Origin: Flavobacteriales bacterium
GTDB lineage: Bacteria; Bacteroidota; Bacteroidia; Flavobacteriales_F; PHOS-HE28
DNA: 64,000 nucleotides
Direction: 5' to 3'
NCBI GenBank assembly: GCA_016713875.1
Contig: JADJOI010000003.1
Span: forward strand, 3,576,069 to 3,640,068
Part shown: piece by piece, positions 1 through 10,300 of the stretch
How positions within the stretch are numbered: position 1 is the stretch's first letter
Layout: the number at the start of each line of letters is the position of its first letter
The notes under the pieces: model-generated
Told to the model about the DNA's origin: nothing
The model's input: only the letters and a program-made list of their open reading frames with translations
Database searches by the model: none
Program-made: the position numbers and the translations under genes

Positions 1-556
1 ATCGATCGCTGGATCCACTACGCGGGCTGGTGCGACAAGTACCAGGCGCTCTTCAGCAGCGTGAACCCCACGAACAGTTCGCACTTCAACTTCAGCGTGC
101 AGGAACCCACCGGTGTGGTGGGCGTGATGGCTCCTGCCGATAGCGCGTTGCTCGGGCTGGTGAGCGTGATCGCGCCGGTGATCGCGGGCGGCAACACGTG
201 CATCGTTGTGGCAAGCGAGAACATGCCCTTGCCTGCCGTCACCTTCACCGAAGTGCTGGCTACGAGCGATCTGCCCGGCGGCGTTGTGAACCTGATGTCA
301 GGTTTCCGCAGCGAGTTGCTCAAGCCGCTCGTTGCGCACATGGACATCAACGCGCTAGTCGTGGCGGGTGTTTCCAAAGAGGAGCGCGATGCTCGACAAT
401 GAAGCTACCTGCAACCTGAAGCGCATGGTGTACCCGAAGGTGAGCGATTGGAGCAGCGACGATGCGAGAAGCCCCTACATGATCCTCGACACGCAGGAGG
501 TGAAGACCACCTGGCATCCGATCGAGCGCGGGCAGGGAGGGGGTGGGGGGTATTGA
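1..556 (+). pseudogene. aldehyde dehydrogenase family fragment (window starts mid-gene; truncated/frameshifted)
   Basis: Frame 1 (1-402) has the ALDH NAD-binding region (PVIAGGNTCIVVASENMPLP, GGVVNLMSGFRSELLKPLVAHMDINALVV) but stops after ~130 aa. A second frame (368-556) carries an ALDH-like C-terminal tail ending TTWHPIERGQGGGGGY*. Most of the catalytic domain is missing. Confidence 0.5.
508..556 (+). repeat. 48-bp direct repeat, copy 1 (3' end of the ALDH reading frame)
   Basis: cacctggcatccgatcgagcgcgggcagggagggggtggggggtattga; repeated at 1288-1335 with 4 mismatches. Confidence 0.85.
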
Positions 557-569
557 TCTCTTGACCTTC

Positions 570-878
570 ATGCCCAAGCTTTACGAGTACTTCGGAATGG
601 TGTTCCTGATGTTCAGCAATGAACACAGCCCCATCCATGTACATGTTCGGTATGGCAGCTACGAGTCAGTGATCGAGTTGATCATGCTTGAAGGGGAGTT
701 GGTAAAGGTCGTGTTCAGGAAGCTGGGCAATAAACGAGCGCTCCCGGTCGCTCAGCAATGTGAGGCGGAACTGTTCGTTCGTGCCAAGGCGAAGGACATC
801 ATCCGCAAGTGGAATGATTACTTTGTGTTGAACAAGCGGGTCACGCCCGAACACATCACCAAACGCATCAAGGGATGA
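570..878 (+). CDS. DUF4160 domain protein
   Basis: MFSNEHSPIHVHV motif typical of DUF4160. Overlaps the downstream DUF2442 gene by 4 bp. Confidence 0.7.
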   Translation: MPKLYEYFGMVFLMFSNEHSPIHVHVRYGSYESVIELIMLEGELVKVVFRKLGNKRALPVAQQCEAELFVRAKAKDIIRKWNDYFVLNKRVTPEHITKRIKG

Positions 879-1246
879 CCATCCCAGAGAAGGTCCATAT
901 CAAGAGCGCCAAATACGTGGGCGACTACCGCATCGCGTTCCGCTTCACGGATGGTCATACCACCGAGGTCGATTTCCACGCCTTCCTTACGGCACCAGGC
1001 CAGAACCCCATGGCCACACAGTTCCTGGATGTGACCCGGTTCAAGGGCTTTCACATCGAACAACGTGCGGACATCGTCTGGGGTGATTGGGAGATGTGTT
1101 TCCCATTGGCTGCTTTGTATGTTGGTGATCTTGGCGTGGATTCCCTCGGAAAGAAGCGGGGGGCACGCGTTGGCACCGGCCCACGCCGCTCGATAGGCCG
1201 TCGCAGTGGAGTGAGGAGGAAGACCACAAAAGCTGCGGTGAAATGA
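875..1246 (+). CDS. DUF2442 domain protein (partner of DUF4160)
   Basis: IKSAKYVGDYRIAFRFTDGHTTEVDF pattern. Conserved DUF4160-DUF2442 gene pair with ATGA overlap. The C-terminal extent is uncertain. Confidence 0.6.
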   Translation: MTIPEKVHIKSAKYVGDYRIAFRFTDGHTTEVDFHAFLTAPGQNPMATQFLDVTRFKGFHIEQRADIVWGDWEMCFPLAALYVGDLGVDSLGKKRGARVGTGPRRSIGRRSGVRRKTTKAAVK

Positions 1247-1287
1247 GTGAGAGCGGGTCTTCCAACAACACGCTGGGAACCACGATC

Positions 1288-1335
1288 ACCTGGCACCCGA
1301 TCGAGCGGGGGCAGGGAGGGGGTGGCGGATATTGA
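1288..1335 (+). repeat. 48-bp direct repeat, copy 2 (orphan ALDH 3' end including stop)
   Basis: Encodes ...TWHPIERGQGGGGGY* again, without an upstream gene body. Confidence 0.85.
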
Positions 1336-1339
1336 GCAC

Positions 1340-1675
1340 ATGGAGCTCCTTGGTTGGTCCGACTTCGAGAAGGTCCATCTGTGCGTGGGCACCGTGCTTT
1401 CCGCGGAGGGCCTGCCCAATGCGCGCAGGCCGGCCTACGTCCTCACCATCGACTTCGGACCGCACGGGGTGAAGCGCAGTAGCGCGCAGATCACGGTACA
1501 CTACACCAAGGACGAACTGGTGGGACGACAAGTGGTGGCGGTGATCAACTTCCCGCCCAAGCAGGTCGGCAGCGTGATGAGCGAATGCCTGATCACTGGA
1601 TTTCCAGATGCGAACGGCGATATCGTGCTCACCGCCGTGGAGCGGCCGCTGCCGAACGGGGCCCGGTTGGCGTGA
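1340..1675 (+). CDS. tRNA-binding protein (CsaA/EMAP-like)
   Basis: MELLGWSDFEKVHLCVGTVLSAEGLPNARRPAYVLTIDFGP...RQVVAVINFPPKQVGSVMSECLITGF matches the CsaA/tRNA-binding OB fold. Confidence 0.75.
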   Translation: MELLGWSDFEKVHLCVGTVLSAEGLPNARRPAYVLTIDFGPHGVKRSSAQITVHYTKDELVGRQVVAVINFPPKQVGSVMSECLITGFPDANGDIVLTAVERPLPNGARLA

Positions 1676-1740
1676 GCCATCGAACTTCCTCCATGGCATG
1701 GCCGTTGAACGGTTCGCGGGCCTTCCCGCGCGGACGACCC

Positions 1741-3066
1741 ATGCGCCCCTTCCTCACCCCGACGCTCCTGCTGTTGACCCTGGCCGTTGAGGCGCAAGTA
1801 CCGGCCAACGGGCGCCGCATCGGCTACCTGATGAACACGGCGGAGGATGGGAACACGGGAGCGGCGCTCGGGCTGGCGGAGGCGGCCTGTGTGGAAGGCG
1901 CGCACAAGACCCTCCTGTGGTCGGCCGTTCAGCCCGCCATCGGTACCTGGGATGCGGGGGAGCTGATGGCCCTGGACCTGCTGAACCTGCAGTCCGCGGT
2001 GCAGAGCGTGCCCCGTTCGCTGCAGATCGCCGTCACCAATACGGCCCGGAACGAGGTCCCGGTCGAGTTGAACGCCTATCCCTATGATCATCCGGCCATG
2101 GTGGCGGCCTTCACGGTCTATCTCGATACGCTCTTCGCCCACATCCCCGACATGCCCTTGGTGTACCTGAACATCGGCATGGAGAGCGACATCATGTGGG
2201 GAGGGGACGCCCTGCAGTACCAGCGCTTCGGGAACTTCCTGGCGCAGGTGGTCCCCCATGCGAAGCAGCGCTACCAGGCCTTGCACGGCACGGACCTGAG
2301 CGTGGGCACCACCATGACCTGGGCGGGCCTCACCAATCCGGTGAGCGCCGCGTTGTGCCAGGGGTTGAACGCCGGGCTGGACCACATCAGCCTCACCTAC
2401 TACGGGGTCGTCTTCGGCTTCACGGTGAAGCCGCCGGGCCAGGTGATCGCCGACCTGGATGCGCTGATGGCGCTCTACCCCGGGAACAAACCGGTGGTGG
2501 TGCAGGAGTGCGGATACCCCACCAGTGTGTTCAACGCCAGCAGCGAAGCGCTGCAGAGCCAGTTCGTCAGCGCGATGTTCACCGCGTGGGACCACCACTG
2601 GAGCCGGATCCCCTACCTGTCGGTGAGCATGCTGACGGATGTGGACAGCACCGCGGCGGTGGAGCTGGCGACCTACTATGGTCTGACGACCACGCCCTAT
2701 GTGGAGTTCCATCGCACGCTTGGCCTGCGTAGCTGGCCCGGCAGTGGTGCCCTGAAGCCGGCGTACGAGACCCTGCTGTGCGAGCTGCGCGACCGCGGCT
2801 TCTGCGCCACCACCTGCACGGCCTCGGTGCCGGACGGGACGGACGTGGCGGAGCCCGACTACCAGCTGGTGGTGGACCCGATCGCGGGCACGGTGCGCGT
2901 CATCACGGCACCAGGGCCTTCGCGGCCCGTTCGGGTGCATGCGGCGGATGGCCGCGTGGTGGCGAGAGGCCGGACGGGAGAGTCCGTCGCGCTCGGGGCC
3001 GGGGCGATGGGCGTGCTGTTGCTGGAGGTGGAGGGGCTTGGTGTGCGGCGGTTCGTGCTGAACTGA
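1741..3066 (+). CDS. secreted TIM-barrel glycosidase-like protein with T9SS C-terminal sorting domain
   Basis: Signal peptide MRPFLTPTLLLLTLAVEAQ. C-terminus ...RVHAADGRVVARGRTGESVALGAGAMGVLLLEVEGLGVRRFVLN is a Por/T9SS CTD pattern. The family call is tentative. Confidence 0.55.
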   Translation: MRPFLTPTLLLLTLAVEAQVPANGRRIGYLMNTAEDGNTGAALGLAEAACVEGAHKTLLWSAVQPAIGTWDAGELMALDLLNLQSAVQSVPRSLQIAVTNTARNEVPVELNAYPYDHPAMVAAFTVYLDTLFAHIPDMPLVYLNIGMESDIMWGGDALQYQRFGNFLAQVVPHAKQRYQALHGTDLSVGTTMTWAGLTNPVSAALCQGLNAGLDHISLTYYGVVFGFTVKPPGQVIADLDALMALYPGNKPVVVQECGYPTSVFNASSEALQSQFVSAMFTAWDHHWSRIPYLSVSMLTDVDSTAAVELATYYGLTTTPYVEFHRTLGLRSWPGSGALKPAYETLLCELRDRGFCATTCTASVPDGTDVAEPDYQLVVDPIAGTVRVITAPGPSRPVRVHAADGRVVARGRTGESVALGAGAMGVLLLEVEGLGVRRFVLN

Positions 3067-3088
3067 GCCGATCGCCGTTCTTCGCAGC

Positions 3089-3532
3089 ATGGAGCTGGGG
3101 CCGATGTGGGAGGGCCTGGGGTTGCCGGGCCTGTTCCTGGCGAGCTTCCTGGCGGCCACCATCCTGCCCTTCAGCAGCGAGGCGTTGTTGGCGGCCATGG
3201 CGATCGGACCGTGGTCGTGGCCGGCGCTGTGGCTGACGGCGAGCATCGGGAACACACTTGGCGGATTGAGCAGCACGGGCCTGGGCCGGCTGGGTCGTCG
3301 ACTCACTTGGCAGGGCGTGCAGGCTGGCGCATCATCCGGCCCATGGACCATGCGCATCCGCCGCTGGGGGCCTTGGGCGGCCCTGCTCACCTGGCTTCCT
3401 GTCGTGGGTGATGCGATCGCGGTGGCCCTGGGCGTGGTCGGTGCTCCCTGGGGGCCCACCGCGCTGCTGATGTTCGTGGGCAAGGCGGCGCGCTATGCCG
3501 TGGTGCTGGGGGCGATGCGTGCGATGGGCTGA
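3089..3532 (+). CDS. DedA/YqaA family membrane protein
   Basis: LFLASFLAATILPFSSEALLAAMA ... LTWLPVVGDAIAVALG is a SNARE-associated/YqaA pattern. Confidence 0.65.
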   Translation: MELGPMWEGLGLPGLFLASFLAATILPFSSEALLAAMAIGPWSWPALWLTASIGNTLGGLSSTGLGRLGRRLTWQGVQAGASSGPWTMRIRRWGPWAALLTWLPVVGDAIAVALGVVGAPWGPTALLMFVGKAARYAVVLGAMRAMG

Positions 3533-3536
3533 GGGG

Positions 3537-4292
3537 TCACGCGCGGCGGTGGCCGTTCATGCGCTCCTCGAGGAACCACCATTTGGGCGTGTCCTTGCGC
3601 GCCCGTGCGCGCTGCCACATCACCACCAGCCGGTCCTGCAGCAGTTCGGTCGCCTCCTCCACGCTGTCCGCCACGAAGACGAACTCCAGCTCCTTGCGGC
3701 CGATGGTGCCTTCGGCCACCATGCGATCGATCTGCTGCAGCATGGGCCCCCAGTAATCCCTTCCGTAGAGGAGGATCGGGAAGTCCTTCACCTTGCCGGT
3801 CTGGATGAGGGTGATGGTCTCGAAGAGCTCATCGAGGGTGCCGGCGCCGCCGGGCATCACCACGAAGCAGATGCTGTACTTCACGAGCAGCACCTTGCGG
3901 ACGAAGAAGCGCTCGAAGGTGAGGCTGACGTCGAGGTAGGGGTTGGGCTTCTGTTCGTGGGGCAGGACGATGTTGCAGCCGATGCTGCGCGCGCCCACGT
4001 CGCGGGCGCCGCGGTTGGCGGCCTCCATGATGCCCGGCCCACCGCCCGTCATGATGCTGAAGCCCACCTGGCCGATGCGCCGGGCCAGCTCGCGGGCCGC
4101 CTCGTAGTAGGGGTGGTCCTCCTGGAAGCGTGCGCTGCCGAAGAAGGTGACGCAGGGGCCCACGAAATGCAGCTTGCGGAATCCGCGGATGAACTCCCGC
4201 AGGATGGAGACCATGCTCTTGAGCTCCTTCCACCGCGAGCGCGGGCCTTCCAGGAAGCGGAGGTCGATGTGCTGCGGGTCCCCGATCGGCAT
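3537..4292 (-). CDS. LOG family protein (cytokinin riboside 5'-monophosphate phosphoribohydrolase / TIGR00730)
   Basis: VTFFGSARFQEDHPYYEAARELARRIGQVGFSIMTGGGPGIMEAANRGA ... PGGAGTLDELFE. Confidence 0.8.
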   Translation of the reverse strand: MPIGDPQHIDLRFLEGPRSRWKELKSMVSILREFIRGFRKLHFVGPCVTFFGSARFQEDHPYYEAARELARRIGQVGFSIMTGGGPGIMEAANRGARDVGARSIGCNIVLPHEQKPNPYLDVSLTFERFFVRKVLLVKYSICFVVMPGGAGTLDELFETITLIQTGKVKDFPILLYGRDYWGPMLQQIDRMVAEGTIGRKELEFVFVADSVEEATELLQDRLVVMWQRARARKDTPKWWFLEERMNGHRRA

Positions 4293-4351
4293 GGTCGGCG
4301 AAGGTAGGTCTGTGGGAAGGTGTGCTATGTTCACGCCCTCAACCACCGCCG

Positions 4352-5593
4352 ATGCGCCGCACGACACTCGCCTTCCCCCTGCTCATCTCCCTTCCGCTGC
4401 TCGCCCAGCCCCAGCTCGACAACCCCGGCTTCGAGTCCTGGCAGAACGTGGGCACCGGCACCGAGGAGCCCACCGAATGGAGCTCGGTGAAGACCAGCGA
4501 CGGCGGTACGCTGATCAACAACCTGGCGCCGCAGATGGTGTGGCGCAGCAGCGATGCGCACAGCGGGTCGTACTCGGTGAACATCCGCACGGTGTCGTCC
4601 TTTCTGGGCCCCGCCACCGGCCTGCTCACCAACGGACGCGTGCATGCCGAACTACAGGTGGAGAACAGCTACGTGTTCACCGACACGCTGAACGGGGACT
4701 GGAGCACGGCGTGCGCCTCGCGGCCGGACAGCCTGATCGGCTGGTACAAGTACACCCCGCAGCCGGGCGACCAGGCGGTGATCGGTGTGCTGATGCATGT
4801 GGATGATGCCAAGCTGCCGGCCTTCGGGACTGAACTGAACTGGGTGGGCGGTGCGGACTGGACCTCGGCGAGCGCCACGGTGGGCGCATGGACGCGTTTC
4901 GCCACGCCCTTCGTGTACACGGACAACCGCGAGCCCGAGCACATCCTGATGATCATGACCAGCGGTGACAGCACCTCGAGCCAGGTGGGCACGGAGGTGT
5001 GGTTCGACGACCTGGCCATGATCTACAATCTGGCCGCTGTGCCGGACGCGGCGGTGGCCTATGTGACGGCGCAGGATGGGTTCGACCTGAACGTGGCGTA
5101 CAGCACGGGCGGCGTGCCCACGGCGGCCCTGGACTTCACTGCCGAACTGAGCGATGCGAACGGTGATTTCAGCGCCCCGGTGGCCATCGGCACGCTGAAC
5201 AGCGACCAGCCCACGGGTGTGATCGCCTGCACCGTTCCGGCCGGCACGGTCCCGGGCACGGGGTACCGCATCCGCGTCACCACCCCCTCGCCCTATTACG
5301 CGCCGATCGATTCGGGCATCGTGGTGGAGGTGAGCACGGGGATCGCCCTGAGCTCGGTGCCGCAGGATTGGCGGGTCTGGGCCGATGCCGAGGCGCTGTG
5401 GCTTGATCTGCGCGGAAGCGCGCTTCAGGCCGAGCGGTTCGAGGTGGTGGATGCCCGCGGGGCGCTGGTGGCCGCAGGCCGGGCGACGCCCGGGATGCTG
5501 CGCCCGGTGGTGACCTCCGGTATACCCGGCCTGTACGTGGTGCGGCTCCACCATGCCGATGGCGTGGCCTCCGTGCGGCTGATCCGGTCGTGA
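4352..5593 (+). CDS. T9SS-sorted secreted protein (PCMD-like N-terminal domain)
   Basis: Signal peptide, LDNPGFESW start, C-terminal ...PGLYVVRLHHADGVASVRLIRS Por CTD. Confidence 0.55.
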   Translation: MRRTTLAFPLLISLPLLAQPQLDNPGFESWQNVGTGTEEPTEWSSVKTSDGGTLINNLAPQMVWRSSDAHSGSYSVNIRTVSSFLGPATGLLTNGRVHAELQVENSYVFTDTLNGDWSTACASRPDSLIGWYKYTPQPGDQAVIGVLMHVDDAKLPAFGTELNWVGGADWTSASATVGAWTRFATPFVYTDNREPEHILMIMTSGDSTSSQVGTEVWFDDLAMIYNLAAVPDAAVAYVTAQDGFDLNVAYSTGGVPTAALDFTAELSDANGDFSAPVAIGTLNSDQPTGVIACTVPAGTVPGTGYRIRVTTPSPYYAPIDSGIVVEVSTGIALSSVPQDWRVWADAEALWLDLRGSALQAERFEVVDARGALVAAGRATPGMLRPVVTSGIPGLYVVRLHHADGVASVRLIRS

Positions 5594-5681
5594 GCGCGCC
5601 GGGTGCGGATCTGATAACGAATTGTTAAAGGCGCTGCGTCCGGAAGGGCGGTGCGGTACGTTCGCGGCCGCTCCGTACCTC

Positions 5682-5987
5682 ATGGCCTCCCGCCACCGAT
5701 TGAACCTGCTGATCGCCTGCACGCTGCTGCTGGCGCTCCAGTTCATCCTTCCCCCTGCCACGCGGGCCGGGCATGGAGCGCCGATGACGGAGCTGAGCCT
5801 CCCCGTGGCGGAGGATGTCTTCGGCGACTCCGACCCGGGCGAAGCCTTCGGATCCTCATCCCCCCTGTTCCTGGCGCTCCTGCTGGGGCAGCGGTCGGAC
5901 GGAACCACGGGACCGCGGCTGAGCGACGCGGACAGGCCGGGCTACGCGATGATGCCGGTCACGGGCCTGCAGCCGTCGGCGCCCTGA
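5682..5987 (+). CDS. hypothetical small secreted protein
   Basis: Only a signal-peptide-like N-terminus (MASRHRLNLLIACTLLLAL). No family recognised. Confidence 0.2.
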   Translation: MASRHRLNLLIACTLLLALQFILPPATRAGHGAPMTELSLPVAEDVFGDSDPGEAFGSSSPLFLALLLGQRSDGTTGPRLSDADRPGYAMMPVTGLQPSAP

Positions 5988-6232
5988 TCCTCTTGTTCTC
6001 CCGGCCAAGAGCCGGGCATGGTGCCTAGCAAGAGGCAGAGCACCATGGAGCACGCTGTGCGGCCCTCTGTGCCCGGCGCTGCATCGGCCCATCGGAGCAC
6101 GCCCTTGGGGCTGCCCCTCCTGTTCATCGATCACGATCCTCCCACACCATGTTCCATGTCGTCGGCCCATCGGCCCATCCCATCGTTCTTCCGCTGGTCC
6201 AAGGGCTGCTGTCCGCATGCCCTCCCCGGGCG

Positions 6233-7336
6233 GTGCGGCCACCGTCCGTGCACGCGGCCGTGCTGCTCACTGCCTGGCTTCCGCTCCTCGCCGGATGCGG
6301 AGGGCACGCGGACGAGGGGGGCCACGAGGGCCATGCCCAGGGACGGTATCCGGCCACCACCGCCTTGTACACCGATACCGTGGTCCAGAAGGACTATGTG
6401 TGCCAGATCCACTCCGTCCAGCATATCGAGATGAGGGCGTTGGAGAGGGGCTATCTGCAGGACATGCTGGTGGACGAAGGCCAGCAGGTGAAGGAGGGCC
6501 AGCTGATGTTCCGGATCCGGCCGGTGCTTTACCAGGCCGAGGTCCAACGGGCGAAGGCCGAGGCGGAGTTCGCGGAGATCGAGTTCCGCAACACCAAGGC
6601 GCTGGCGGACAGCAATGTGGTCTCGGCCAACGAGCTGGCCCTGGCCAAGGCGCGGTATGACAAGGCGCTCGCGGAGCTGAACGCGGCGCAGGCCCACCTG
6701 GGCTTCACGGAGATCACCGCCCCGTTCAGCGGCATCGTCGGCCGTTTCCACGTGCGGAAGGGCAGTCTGCTGGACGAAGGGGAGCTGCTCACCGAACTGT
6801 CCGACAACAGTGAGATGTGGGTCTACTTCAACGTGCCCGAGGCCGAGTACCTGGAATACAGGAAGCGCTCCCTGGCCGGCACGGGCACGAAGCTCACCCT
6901 GCGGATGGCCAACGGAGAGCTCTTCGACCGGCCGGGGGAGATCACGGCCATTGAGTCGGACTTCAACAATGCCACCGGCAACATCGCGTTCCGGGCCACC
7001 TTCCCCAATCCCCAGGGCCTCCTGCGGCATGGGGAGACAGGCAGCATCCTGATGGATTCGCGCCTGAACGGCGTGCTCCTCATCCCGCAGAAGGCCACCT
7101 TCGAGGTGCTCGATCACCGCTACGTGTTCGTGGTGGACAGGTCGGACACGCTGCGCACCAGGCGCATCGAGGTGGGTCCGGAGCTTCAGCACGTGTTCGT
7201 GGTGGAGCAGGGGCTCACGAAGGATGACCGGTTCCTGCTGGAAGGTCTGCGGAAGGTGAAGGACGGGGACAAGGTGGAGGTCGAGCTCCTGCCCCCGGAT
7301 TCCGTGATGGACCACCTCGAGCTGTACGCGGAGTAG
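6233..7336 (+). CDS. efflux RND transporter periplasmic adaptor subunit (membrane fusion protein)
   Basis: Lipobox LLAGC after a GTG at 6233 (alternative ATG at 6149 gives an implausibly long leader). HlyD/AcrA-like coiled-coil and beta-barrel motifs (ITAPFSGIVG, NGVLLIPQKA). Confidence 0.8.
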   Translation: MRPPSVHAAVLLTAWLPLLAGCGGHADEGGHEGHAQGRYPATTALYTDTVVQKDYVCQIHSVQHIEMRALERGYLQDMLVDEGQQVKEGQLMFRIRPVLYQAEVQRAKAEAEFAEIEFRNTKALADSNVVSANELALAKARYDKALAELNAAQAHLGFTEITAPFSGIVGRFHVRKGSLLDEGELLTELSDNSEMWVYFNVPEAEYLEYRKRSLAGTGTKLTLRMANGELFDRPGEITAIESDFNNATGNIAFRATFPNPQGLLRHGETGSILMDSRLNGVLLIPQKATFEVLDHRYVFVVDRSDTLRTRRIEVGPELQHVFVVEQGLTKDDRFLLEGLRKVKDGDKVEVELLPPDSVMDHLELYAE

Positions 7337-7358
7337 CGGACCGAACACCTCCTGGACC

Positions 7359-10300
7359 ATGTTCAAGAACTTCATCCAGCGGCCCGTCCTGGCCATCGTC
7401 ATCTCGGTGCTGATCCTCTTCGTGGGCGGTCTGGCCATGGAACAGCTGCCCACCGCCCAGTTCCCGGAGATCGCGCCCACCACCGTCAACATCTTCATCG
7501 CCTACCCGGGAGCGAGCGCGGACGTGCTCACCAAGAGCACCATCATCCAGTTGGAGACGGCGATCAACGGCGTGCAGGACATGCGCTACATCGCCAGTGA
7601 TGCCACAAGCGCGGGTGAGGGCACCATCCGGGTGATCTTCGAGCCAGGCACCGACCCCGACGAGGCCGTGGTGCGCGTCAAGACGCGCGTGGACCAGGTG
7701 ATGCCCAACCTGCCCCTGCTGGTGCAGCGCGAAGGGGTGATCATCACGCCGGTGCAGCCCAGCATGCTGATGTACGTGAACCTGTACGGCAACGGGGAGG
7801 ACGCGGACGAGCTCTTCCTGTACAACTATGCGTTCACGCAGCTGATCCCGGAGATCCAGCGGATCACCGGCGTGGCGCAGGCCCAGATCCTGGGCAGCCG
7901 CAAGTACGCCATGCGCGTATGGTTGAAACCGGACCGTATGCGTGCCTACTCCATCAGCGCGGAGGAGGTGATGAAGGCCATGGAGGAGCAGAGCCTCATC
8001 GCACGCCCCGGCCGTCTGGGTCAGAGCTCCGGGATCAACGCTCAGTCGCTGGAGTACGTGCTGGTCTACCAGGGCCAGTTCAACAAACCGGAGCAGTATC
8101 GCGACATCATCGTCCGCGCCAACGAGGAGGGGGAACTGATCCGCCTGCGTGATGTGGCCGACGTGGAGCTCGGCAGCGAGTTCTTCGACATCTACTCCAA
8201 TCTGGACGGACGGCCCTCGGCGTCCATCGTGCTGAAGCAGACCCTGGGCAGCAACGCCAGCGATGTGATCGCGCAGGTGAAGGAGAAGTTGAAGGAGCAG
8301 GCCGAGTTCATGCCGCCGGGCGTGGACTACAAGGTGAGCTACGACGTCAGCACCTTCCTTGACGCGTCGATCGAGCAGGTGCTGCACACCCTCCGCGATG
8401 CGTTCATCCTGGTGGCGCTCGTGGTCTTCCTGTTCCTGGGCGACTGGCGCAGCACGCTCATCCCCATCCTCGCGGTCCCGGTGTCGCTCATCGGCGCCTT
8501 CTTCGTGATGCAGCTGTTCGGGCTGTCGATCAACCTGATCACGCTCTTCGCCCTGGTGCTGGCCATCGGCATCGTGGTGGACAACGCCATCGTGGTGGTG
8601 GAGGCCGTGCATGCGAAGATGGAGGCGGACCATCAGCTCACCCCGTACACGGCGGTGAAGCAGGTGATGGGCGAGATCGGCGGCGCCATCATCGCCATCA
8701 CGCTGGTGATGGTCTCGGTATTCATCCCCATCTCGTTCATGACCGGTCCGGTGGGGGTCTTCTACCGCCAGTTCTCCATCACGATGGCAGGCTCCATCGT
8801 GATCAGTGCCGTGGTGGCGCTCACGCTCACACCGGTGCTGTGCGCCATGCTGATGAAGCCTCATGACGGCGCGCCCAGGAAGTCCATCCTCGATCGCGGC
8901 ATCGACGCGTTCAACCGGTGGTTCGAACGCCTCACGGGCCGCTATGTGGCCGTGCTGGACCGGATCGTCGTGCGGCGTCTGCTCACCTTCGGGCTGCTCG
9001 CCGGGTTCTGCGCGGCCATCTACCTGAGCAACGAGGTCCTTCCGGCCGGCTTCATCCCGAGCGAGGACCAGGGCACCATCTACGCGATCGTGCAGACTCC
9101 GCCGGGATCCACCCTGGAGACCACCAACGAGGTGGCGCGCGAGCTGCAGCGCATCTGCGACGAGATCCCCGAAGTGGCGTCGGTATCGTCGCTGGCCGGC
9201 TATGAGATCATGACCGAGGGCCGGGGGTCGAACGCGGGCACCTGCCTGATCGATCTCAAGCCTTGGAACGAGCGGGAGAAGGATGTGAACGAGGTGATGG
9301 AGGAGCTGGAGGAGCGGACCAGGGACCTCGGCGCCGTGATCGAGTTCTTCGAACCGCCCGCAGTGCCCGGCTTCGGCTCGTCCGCCGGCTTCTCACTGCG
9401 CATGCTGGACAAGACCAACGGCACCGACTACCATGAGTTCGAGCGGATCAACAACGCGTTCATGGACGCACTTCGGCAGCGCAAGGAGCTCACCGGTCTG
9501 TTCACCTTCTATGCGGCCAACTTCCCGCAGTACGAGATGATCGTCGACAACGACATGGCGATGCAGAAGGGTGTGTCCATCGGCAAGGCGGTCGAGAACC
9601 TCAACATCCTCATTGGCAGCACCTACGAGCAGGGTTTCATCCGGTTCGGGCGCTTCTTCAAGGTGTACACCCAGGCTGGACCGGAGTACCGGCGCTATCC
9701 TTCGGACCTCAGCGGGCTCTTCGTGAAGAACGAGAGCGGGGAGATGGTGCCCTACTCCTCGTTCATGCGCTTCGAGAAGCGTCTGGGCCCCAACGAGATC
9801 ACGCGGTACAACATGTACAACTCGGCCACCATCCGCGGGCTTTCCGTGGAGGGGTACACGAGCGGCGATGCGATCAAGGCCATCCAGGAGGTGGCCCGGG
9901 AGTCCCTGCCACGCGGCTACGACATCGCTTGGGAGGGCCTGTCGTTCGACGAGGCCCGGCGCGGCAACGAGGCGCTCTACATCTTCATCGTGGTGCTCAT
10001 CTTCGTGTACCTGGTGCTGGCCGCGCAGTATGAGAGCTTCGTGCTGCCGTTGGTGGTGATCCTCTCGCTCCCCGTGGGCGTCCTGGGTTCTTTCCTGATG
10101 CTGAAGGCGATGGGGCTCGCCAACGACGTGTACGCGCAGATCGGCATCATCATGCTGATCGGTCTGCTGGGCAAGAACGCGGTGCTGATCGTGGAGTTCG
10201 CGGTGCAGAGGCAGCGCGAAGGGTCCACGGTGCGGGAGGCGGCGATCGAAGGTGCCAAGGCCCGCTTCAGGCCCATTCTCATGACCTCGTTCGCCTTCGT

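Noticed and set aside
1501-3483. 660-aa antisense ORF, and similar long ORFs such as 6131-7498(-), 7215-8864(-), 9393-10619(-), 35804-38416(+), 47665-49665(+), 50054-51358(+), 60941-62659(+)
   Set aside because: Arg/Ala/Gly/His-rich low-complexity translations lying opposite well-supported genes. This is the typical stop-codon-poor antisense frame of high-GC DNA.
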